NCBI RefSeq assembly: GCF_004010195.1
Contig: NC_057754.1
Location: forward strand, 1,458,709 to 1,522,708
Origin: Chiloscyllium plagiosum
Lineage: Eukaryota
Direction: 5' to 3'
Length of the DNA: 64,000 nucleotides
Under the pieces are notes generated by a model. The model was given only the letters and a program-made list of their open reading frames with translations, did no database searches and had not been told where the DNA came from. Positions 54,870 to 64,000 of this stretch are shown in pieces (the stretch's first letter is position 1; each line of letters opens with the position of its first letter). The translations under genes and the position numbers were made by a program.

Positions 54870-56490
54870 GAAAATCTGAAACAAAAACAGAAATTGCTGG
54901 CGAAACTCAGCAGGTCTGGCAGCATCTGTGAGAAGAAAGCAGAATTAACATTTAGACTCCGGTGACTTTTCATTAGAATTGATAGCAAAAAAAGTGGAGG
55001 AGGGGAGAGGTGACTGGATAGGTGGAGATGGTGCCCTGAAAGAGAGATCCATGGAGGGCAGACCAGGACAGTAAAGAAGCTGAAATGTGATAATGAAAAC
55101 TGAGGGTAGGAGAGAATGGGAAGTCTGTGATGAATGCAAACTATTAATTCAGTTTAGGATACCTGGTCGACATGGATAAGTTGGGACGAAGGGTCTGTTT
55201 CCGTGCTGTATGACTCTCTGTAATGTGATAATTTACCTGAGAGTAGGTGAAAATCGATTGTGCTAAAAACGTCCCAAGTCATAACAGGACTGGATGTGGG
55301 GTGGGTAAAAAATATAGAAGGATAGAATCTGCCTCTAAAGTTACTGAGCTCGATGTTGAGTCCCTGAGGCTTCAGGCTCCCGAAATGGAAAATAAGATGC
55401 TTTTCTTCAAGCTTACGCTGAGACTTGCTGGAATACTGCAGCAGACCTGCAGCAGAAATGTTGGCGTGGGAACATGGTGGTGTGTTGAAGTTGCAGGTGA
55501 CTGGAAGCTCTGGGTCATTTTTACAGAGAGAATGTAGGTGTTTTTCATCCAGTCTGTATTTCATCTCCCCAATGTAGAGGAGACCATACTAAGAGCAGCG
55601 AATACAGTAGATGAGATTGAATGAAGTACAGAAAAATTGCTGCACATCTGTCCAGGATCTTGGATAGTGAGGAGGTAAATGGGCAGAGTTACACCTTCTG
55701 TGATTGCATGGTAAGGTACTGTGGGGATATGTGGAGGTCTTGGGAATGGAGGAGGAGTAGATCTACGAAGCTCAGGAGAGACCAGTCCCTACAGAATGTT
55801 GACAGAGGAGTGGGGTGGAATACATGTCTGCCATCTTTTTGGCATAGAAAAGGTAGCTTACAGTCCTTTGGATGTAGAGGTTGGTGAACTGGTGAGTGAG
55901 GACATTGATGTGGGAGGGAAGAGATGGGTGAGGGCAGAAGTGTGGGAGATGCTAAAGGGCTTGTTGATGACCACTGAGTCGGGAATCCCTGGTTGATAAT
56001 AAAGGTGGACATTTCTGAGGCCCTTCGAGGAAGGTGGCAACAGGTGTGCTGGAGATGTAGAAACTTGGAGAATGGGATGAAGTCCTTACAGGAAGCAGGG
56101 TGTGTCAAGGTAACTGTGGGAGTTGGTTGATTTGTAATGGATATTAGTCATCCACGTATCCCCGGAAATTGAAATAGAGATGTTGAGGAAGGGAAGGGAG
56201 AAGTTGGAGTTGGACCGGGTGAAGGTGAGAGCAGGTTGGAAATTGGAAATGAAATTGATAAATGTTTCCAGTTCAGAACATGAGAGGTAAGCAGCACCAA
56301 CAATGTCATTGATATACTGGAGAAAGAGTTGTGGAAAGGGGTCCAAGTATGATTGGAACAAGGAATATTCCACACACTCCACATAGCTGGGGTTCATGCA
56401 ATTACCCATGACTATACTTTTGACCTGAAAAAAGTGAGAGGAGTTGAAGGAAAAGTTGTTCAACATGAGGATTAGCTTGGCAGGGAGATC
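54870..56490 (-). mobile_element. Penelope-like (Neptune-type) element, RT + GIY-YIG relics, with a small CR1 tail inserted ~55145-55220
   Basis: ORFs 56086..56466 (NNFSFNSSHFFQVKSIVMG, FLQYINDI, PFLNI) and 55154..55564 (RKLEEKHLIFHFGSLKPQGLNIE). Confidence 0.85.
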
Positions 56491-56549
56491 GATCTCCTGT
56501 AATATCTATAGCTAGAAGCATAGAAAACACTTCCACCACCATAGTTGTC

Positions 56550-58410
56550 TAGAATACTACATGCAATTCTGGTTGCCCTGGTATAGGAAGGATGTTGTTA
56601 AACTAGAAAGTGTACAGAAAAAATTTGCAAGGATGTTGCCGGGACTGGAGGATTTGAATTATAAGGAGAGGCTGTATATGCTGGATTTTCTTTTCCTGGA
56701 GCATTGGAGTCTGAGGAGTGACCTTAGAACGCTTTACAAAATCATGAGGGACATAGATAAGATTAATGACCAAGGTCTTTTTCCAAGGGTAGGGGAGTCC
56801 AAAACTAGAGGGCATAGGTTTAAGGCGAGAGAGGAAAGATTTAAAAGGGACCTGAAGGTCAACCTTTTGACACAGACAGTGGTGCATGTATGGAATGAGC
56901 TGCCAGAGGAAGTGGTAGAGGTATTAAAATTACAACATTAAAAACAACTTGAAGAACATAAAAAGGGAAGGGTTTACAGGGATATTGGCTAAACACAGGC
57001 AAATGGGAGTAGTTCAGTTTAGGATACCTGGTTGGCATGGATGAGTTGACTGAAGGGGCTGTTTCCGTGCTGTATGACTCTATGGCATTCTAAGAATTTA
57101 TATTTACATTTTCAGATTACAGCTTTCAAAACATTCTAAGGTCACAATGGAGTTCAATTTAGATAAATGTGAGGTATTGGATTTTGGTACAACAAACTGG
57201 GGGTCTCGTTCTGGTTGCCCTGTTATAGGAAGGATATTATTAAGCAGGAGAGGATTCAGAAGAGATTCACCAGGATGTTTCCGGGTATGGAAGGTTTGAG
57301 TTATAAAGAAAGGCTGGATAGGCTGGGACTTTTCTCACTGGAGAGTAGGAGGTTGAGAAGTTTATAGACCTTATAAAGGTTTATAAAATAATGAGGGGTG
57401 TACAGAGGAACTTCGATTATCCCAAAATCAATTATCCAGAGGAGATCTTGAGGTCCCAATAGAAATATTACATCAAAGACGTGTTTCCAACAGGAATTGC
57501 TTCTTTTGTTTACAGTGATTAAAAGTGAACTCTACTTCCTGAAATGCTGCCAAGAACAGTCCTGGACTGATGGGAGCCCAGGCACTGTCTCCAACTGACT
57601 TACCTTCCACCCCCTCTCTCTCCCCTCACACATTCCCTAAAGTTCTACACAGGGGTATACCCTAAACCCCCATTCCACAGATAATCTCTCCAACATTCCT
57701 GTACAGTGCAAAGGGGGAACTTGTCAAAAGTTGAGTGTGCTGTTTGGAGACTCACCCCCCCCAAAAGGCAGCAAGCAGCAGTCTTGTTGGTGGCACTCCA
57801 GCTGCACCAGAGAGGGGACAGGGGTGGGATTGGACGGGGGTGGGCACACGGGGCAGTGTTGGACGGTGTTGGGGGGGCGGGTGGGGGTGGTATTGGACGG
57901 GTTGGGGACAGTGTTGGATGAGTCTGGGGGCGGGGTTGGACTAGGTTGGGAGGTGGGCAGGGCTCACACGTGGTGTGCTGTGCACCTCCTGAACGAGGAG
58001 TGGATTTAACAGAAAACTGCGAGCCCCAGAGGAAAGGCATTTAATTGATTAACCAAAAAATCAATTATCTGAATGAAATAGTGCCTGCCCATCTCCTTCA
58101 GATAATAAAGGTTCCTCTGGTAGGTGTCTTTTCTCTAGGATGGAGGATTTCAAGACTTGTGGACATATTTTTCAAGTGAGAGAGATTTAAAAAAAAGACA
58201 TGGGGGCAAATCTTTTCCAGAGTGTTTTGCATGTGGAATGAACTTCCTGAGGAGGTAGTAGATATGGACACAGTTTAAAAGAGATTTGGAGAAGTACACA
58301 ATTAGGAATGGTTTGGAGGGATACAGGCTAGAAACAAGCAGGTGGGACTAATTTAGTTTGGGATTATGTTTGGCCTGGACTGAAGGGTCTGTCTCCGTGC
58401 TGTATGGTGA
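56550..58410 (+). mobile_element. Tandem CR1 3' fragments, the second split by the MITE
   Basis: ORF 56561..56941 YRKDVVKLESVQKKFARMLPG...TRGHRFK. Confidence 0.85.
57403..58119. mobile_element. MITE / non-autonomous Tc1-mariner-pogo-type DNA transposon inserted in a CR1
   Basis: TIRs CAGAGGAACTTCGATTATC / GATAATAAAGGTTCCTCTG; TA on left flank; CR1 sequence resumes on both sides. Confidence 0.7.
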
Positions 58411-59069
58411 AAAGTATAAGTCTCATCACAGGTAGTTAGAAAATGTTTCAAAGTGAAAACTTGAATGAAAGTGTTCAAATAAAGTGTTATGTGTAATATG
58501 CCATTTATTGTACTGAATTAACTGCAAGATATGGTTGGGGTGATAATGGCTGCAAGAGACCGTAGTGTTGAGGGTTCAGGAAAAAAAATCATGTGGGATC
58601 CCAGGTGCTGATTATTGAGAGTACACGCCTTTAAATGACAGCAAGATTAGACAGAATTACCTCAAGTGTCTGATCAGAATGCCTTAACATTAGCACTGAG
58701 GAATATAGTGGCACAGTGACTATGTTACTGGATTAGTAAATCAGGGGCAGGACCCATAACCTGTGGACATGAGCTCAAATTTCCAACATTGAGCTAGAGG
58801 AAATTTAAATTCAGTCCTGGAATAAATTTCAGGAATAAAGGCTTATACTGTATTGTTAACAATAGCACTTAAACTATCAGATTGTTGAGAAAATCTATCT
58901 GCTTCACTAGTGTGCTTTAGGGAAGGAGATCTGTGCTTGTGGAGGTACTGTCAAAGACTGGTAAAGCCTTGGAAAAGGCTGTTTATTGTTGGGAAGGGAG
59001 TAGGACAAGTAACATAATACAGAAAATCAGAGCCAAAAATACAGAACCTTCTTGTCTCTTCTACTAAAG

Positions 59070-59171
59070 AGTACCTCGAGAAAATTGATCTCGCCAAGAG
59101 ACGAAGTTACTACAAAACTGAAAACTTTGTTGTCCTTGATGAGATTAAAACCTGGAAGGAACTTGCTGAAG
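59070..59171 (+). CDS. MACROD1: MACROD1 exon 2 (KYLEKIDLAKRRSYYKTENFVVLDEIKTWKELAE); gene continues beyond the window
   Basis: aag|AG TAC ... GAA G|gtgagt, 102 nt, phase 1-1; aligns by eye with human SFLKGLSDKQREEHYFCKDFVRLKKIPTWKEMAK. Confidence 0.88.
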
Positions 59172-60899
59172 GTGAGTCATATATTTTTATACTTCAAACA
59201 AAATAAGCTTGGAGGAGAAGGTAGGTCAAGAAGCTTGCACTCTGAGTTTGAAATGTTCCTGATGTTTCCCTTTAGTGACAAAAGAATGGTAAGGTGTTAA
59301 GTGTTCAGTTGGGAAAGAGGGGATCTGCAATTATATTGAACTCCATCTCAAAGCACTATGGGTGTTGAAATGATATTTTTTTTTGTACTCTGGATTAAAA
59401 ATTGTGAAAATATACTGCTTCATACCAAAAGACCAGAATAAGATGTAGTTTTTAAAAAAAATGTTTTAGTGGGACTCATTGTGTGTTGTATCTATCAAGT
59501 TCCTTTATTCAAGAATTGGAGAAGGGTAGACATCTTACCTCGTTTGGTGTCTGTCCAGGGCAGTTTTGCTCAGTGACAGGACTCGATTGGTTTTTCAACC
59601 AGAGCTGGTTGCATGTTCAGGAATACTCAGCATAGTAACAACTTCCTGATTAGTTCCTTGGCTCCTGGCTACAGCTTGGTGTTTGGCCTATACAGCAGAA
59701 ACATTCAGCCTGTGAAAGAGACTGTATTGTTCTCTTTCAATCTTTTATGCGACTCGAGAAATAAAACACCAAGCAGCCTTCTCTCTGCATATTCCCTATT
59801 TGGAAGGAAACAGGGAGAAACTACCATCAAGACATTGAAAAGGCAAAACCAATGAATGGAAAAATGGGAATTGGCGTAACCACAAGCTCATATCTTGACC
59901 AAAGAGTCAAAAGGAAAACAGGTCATTGGCACCTGTAATCGGTACTGGCGCCAGAACTGTGCTTCACTGACTCGTATCTTTGTTCCTTCCCAGCTGTGAC
60001 ATTTGTGTCCTGCCTAATGTTTATAAGTTTATTTGTACGTGTATTGGAAATTTTTTTTAAAACAGGATTAAATTTAAATTTTAGGAAGTTTTAAATTAAT
60101 AGTTTGTCTTTGTTTTTAAACAAGAGCTGAAAATAATCTTTTAAATCCATAGTTGTTTTCTTGTCAAGTTCAGAATGCTGATAAGTGTTTTCTTTTAACC
60201 TGGGTTCATCAGTCAGGGAAATTAGAGATTTTCATTAAACCTCTTCACGAGTGTTATGACTCCGAGAGTTCCGAATTTATTTCCAGCACACCAACCCAGT
60301 GAGTTGTGACAATATACCCATGCTCAATGACTGCAGTGTTTCAAGAAGACAGTTTACCACTTTCTCTAGGGTTGTTAGGCACAAGCAATAAATTCTTGTC
60401 TAGCTAGTGGCACTCACATCCCAAGAACAAATAAATTACAAATTAATACCAGAAATATGTGGGTAGACATAATCATAAAAAAAACCGATGGCGACCCAAC
60501 AATGGGGTTTAAAATGCTAAATGTTTTAATGGAATGGATCCAGAGAGTGCCTTTCCTCTTGTGGAGAAGAGGATAACTAAGGGGTCTCTGTCATCAACAA
60601 ATTCAGCTAGAAAGTTCAAAGCAACCTGTTTACCCAGTGAATGTTGAGAATATGGGACTTCCAGCATGGGGAGTAGTTGAGGTAAACAGCATAGATGTAT
60701 TTAAGGGAAAGCTAGACATTTGCGTCAGGGAGAAGGGAATAGAGGGTTATGATGTGTTTAGATGAGGGAAGTTGGGAGGTGCTCAAGTTGGACATAAACA
60801 CTGGCACAGATACGTTGAACCATATTTCACGATACTGTATATCCTGTGTGACCCTTTACAATTCCTTTTTAGTGTTCCTGAATCAGCAAACAATCAAAT

Positions 60900-63160
60900 A
60901 CATTTGGAGTAGTCAGCATAGCTTTAAGCAAGAGAGACCATGCCTCACAAATTTGTTAAGTGTTCTTTGATGAAGTGACCATGAAGGTTGACGAGGGCAC
61001 GGCAGTAGATGTGGTCGGTATGGATTTCAGCAAGGCCTTTGATAAGGTTCCACATGGTAGGCTGCTCTGGAAGGTTAGATTGTGTGGAAACCATGGGGGG
61101 CTGGCAAGTTGGATACACAGTTGGTTTGATGGTAGGAAGCAGAAGGAAATATTGGAAGGATGCTTGTTGGACTGGAAGCCTGTGACTTGTGGAATGCCTC
61201 CGGGTTTGGCGCTGGGTCCATTTCTGTTTATCTATATCAATCTCTGATTTGGATGAGAATGTATAAAGCATGATTAGTAAGTCTGCTGATGACACTAAAA
61301 TAGGTGGTATTGTGGACCGTGAAGAAGGTTATCAGAAATCACAGTAGGACCTTGATCAGCTGGGGAAGTGGGTCGAGAATTGGCAAATAGAATTGCATTT
61401 TGAGAAGTCAAATCAAGGCAGGAGTTCCATGGTGAATGGTAGGGCCTTAAGGAGTGTAGTGGAACAGAGGACAGCACGTTGGCTCAGTGGTTAGCACTAC
61501 TGCCTCATAGCACCAGGGACCCGAATTCGATTCAAACTGCGGGCAACTGTCTGTGTGGAGTTTGCACATTCTCCCTGTGTTTGCATGGGTTTCTTCCAGG
61601 TGCTCCTGATTCGTCCCGCAATTCAAAGCTGCGCAGTTTAGGTGAATTACCCGTAGTGTTCAAGAATGTGCAGACTAGGTGGTTGAGTCAGGGGGAAGTG
61701 TAGAGTAACAGGGTAGGGTAATGGGTCTGAGTGGGTTACTTTTTGGAAGGTCAGTGTGGACTTGTTGGGCCAAATGGCCCATTTCCACAATGTAGAGATT
61801 CTATGAGAGGGACCTTGGAGTTCAGGTGCACAGTTCTCTGAAAGTGGAGTCACAGGTAGACAGGGCAGTGAAGAAGGTTTTTGACACTGACCTTCATCAG
61901 CCAGGGCATTGGGTATTGAAACTGGGAAGTTATGTTGCGGTTGGACAGGATGTTGGTGAGGCTGCACTTGGAGTATTGTGTTCAGTTTTGGTCACCTTGC
62001 TCTAGGAAGGATGTTTGTTAATCTGGAAAGAGTGCAGAAGAACTGTACAAGAATGTTACCAGGACTCAAGAGTCGAGTTGTAGGGAGAGATTGGACAAGG
62101 TTGGGGTGGCATGGTGGCTCAGTGATTAGCACCGCTGCCTCATAGTTCCAGGGACCCAGGTTTGATCCCAGCCTCGGGCTACTGTCTGTGTGGAGTTTGT
62201 GCAAACTCCGTGTCTGCGTGGGTTTCCTCTGGATGCTCCTATTTCCCCTCACAATGCAAAGATGCGCAGATTAGATGAATTGGCCATGCTAAATTGCCCA
62301 TATCGTTCAGGGATGTGTAGGTTAGGTGCAGTATTCAGGGGTAAATGTAGAGTTATAGGGTAGGGGAATGGGTCTGGGTGGGTTACTCATTGGAGGGTCA
62401 GTGTGAACTTGCTGGGCTGAATGGCCTGTTTCCACATTGTTGGGATTCTATCGTCCTAAGCTAGGACTTCTCTTTAGAGTGTAGAGTCTGAGGGATGGAT
62501 CTTATAGAAGTGTCTAAAATCATGAGAAGCATAGATAGCGTGAATGCATTCAGTCTTTTTCCCATGGTTGGGGAATTGAGGACTAGAGGGCATCAGTTTA
62601 AGGTTAGAGGGAAAGAATAAAAGGGAACCTGAGGGACAATTTTTTTTATACAGAGGGTGGGATGCATATGAATGAGCAGCCAGTGGAAGTGATTGAGGCA
62701 TGTACATTAATAATATTTAAAAGGCATTTGGACAGGTTTAGAAGGATTTGGGTGGCACAGTAGCTCAATGATTAGCACTGCCGCCTCACAGCGAAAGGGA
62801 CCATGGTTCAATTCCTGCCTCTGGCAACTGTCTGTGTGGAGTTTGCACATTCTCCCTGTGTCTGTGTGGGTTTCCTCCCACAGTCCAAAGATGTACAGGT
62901 TGTTAATTGGCCATGCTGAATTGCCCATAGTGTTCAGGAATGTGTAGGTTAGGTGCAGTAGTCATGGGTAAATGTAGAGTAATGTGGAATGGGTTTGGTG
63001 GGTTGGTGTGAACTTGCTGGGCTAAATGGCCCGTTTCCACACTATAGGGATTATATGATTCGAAGTGCAGAGAAATGGGGTTAGCATAGATGGACATTTT
63101 GGTTGACATAGATCTTTTGGCCCAAACTGATCCGTCTCTGTGCTGTAGGACTTTGTAACT
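60900..63160 (+). mobile_element. CR1 LINE 3' half with three nested HE1-like SINEs (~61472-61806, 62105-62452, 62751-63061)
   Basis: RT FFDEVT...VDVVGMDFSKAFDKVPHGRL; SINE heads GGCTCAGTG(G/A)TTAGCAC. Confidence 0.88.
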
Positions 63161-64000
63161 CTCTATTTGGAAAATGCTAGAAATATTCAATAGGTTACAA
63201 AGTGGGAGCAATAGTGTTAATGTTTCAGATCTTTTTTGGGGGAAAAAAAGTTCAAGATTTAATTGTGTGTGTGTGTTGGAATGGGTCAGGGTGGTGTTAG
63301 ACAAGTGGTTGGTGAACAATCAGCCAAGGTTTCTGATCACACTCATCATTCACTTCCTTACTGGATGTCAACATGTGTTAAAAGTTTGAATGTGGCTGTG
63401 ACACCCTTTACACAGGCAGAGGATTTATTTTCTCAGCACATAGAAGAAGAGTTATTGTTCCACTGAGCCACTGAAAACTTTTCTTAAAGCCTCATGGCAA
63501 ATGCAAGAAATTTAGCAGGGTAGACAGAATGAAACTGTAATCATATAATCAATTAACTTCATAATTCAAGGTTCATTGAAGTCTCTCAAAATATCTGTTT
63601 GGGAAAAATATATAAATATGACTGAACTATTTCAAAGCAATATCTTATCCAGTTCTGACAGCTTAGTAGGAAATTAGTCCCTTAAATACATGTTATAGGC
63701 ACACAAGAGACGACTGAATAATAAATGAATAATAATCTCTACCAAAGGCAGCATAAATATTTTACATTGATACTATGCCAACAGGGGCATGAAATCTATA
63801 GAACCTGTAACTGATGAAAAAAATCTAGGATTCACACATTTTTCAAAAACCTGACCCATCTATATATAAAAAACCTGTATAATTTATATTACTTATCCAT
63901 TAGCCAGAGGCACTTTGTAAAGATTGAATTTTCTAGCATATGGGAATGCAATGAAAAGATAGATGCCGTTGGAAATTAACTACCAGTCCTTGATACACAT

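Noticed and set aside
59290..60311. Possible solo LTR after MACROD1 exon 2
   Set aside because: Ends in TGTGACA and partly resembles sequence near 25050, but I could not define a 5' end or TSD.

Overview
Eukaryotic vertebrate DNA, almost certainly from a shark or other elasmobranch, judged by HE1-like tRNA-derived SINEs and abundant CR1/HER1-like LINE relics. The minus strand holds a complete 14-coding-exon STIP1 (Hop) gene (CDS 38125->5387, 1632 nt, 543 aa). Head-to-head with it on the plus strand are exons 1-2 of MACROD1 (ATG 41626; exon 2 59070-59171), the same arrangement as human 11q13. The introns are full of CR1 LINEs, SINEs, Penelope-like elements (PLEs), a Gypsy relic and a MITE. Main oddities: (1) an orphan, intact last exon of ZDHHC24 lies inside a Penelope element in MACROD1 intron 1, between ~277-bp direct repeats and in a splice phase compatible with MACROD1 exon 1; (2) three families of minimal hammerhead ribozymes occur, some in tiny TSD-flanked palindromic elements; (3) STIP1 intron 4 has a 188-bp inverted duplication with a templated junction; (4) STIP1 has a GC-AG intron, a uORF overlapping its start codon and a 5x modular promoter. 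Gene identities come from recalled protein sequences and no database search was run. Repeat boundaries are approximate.
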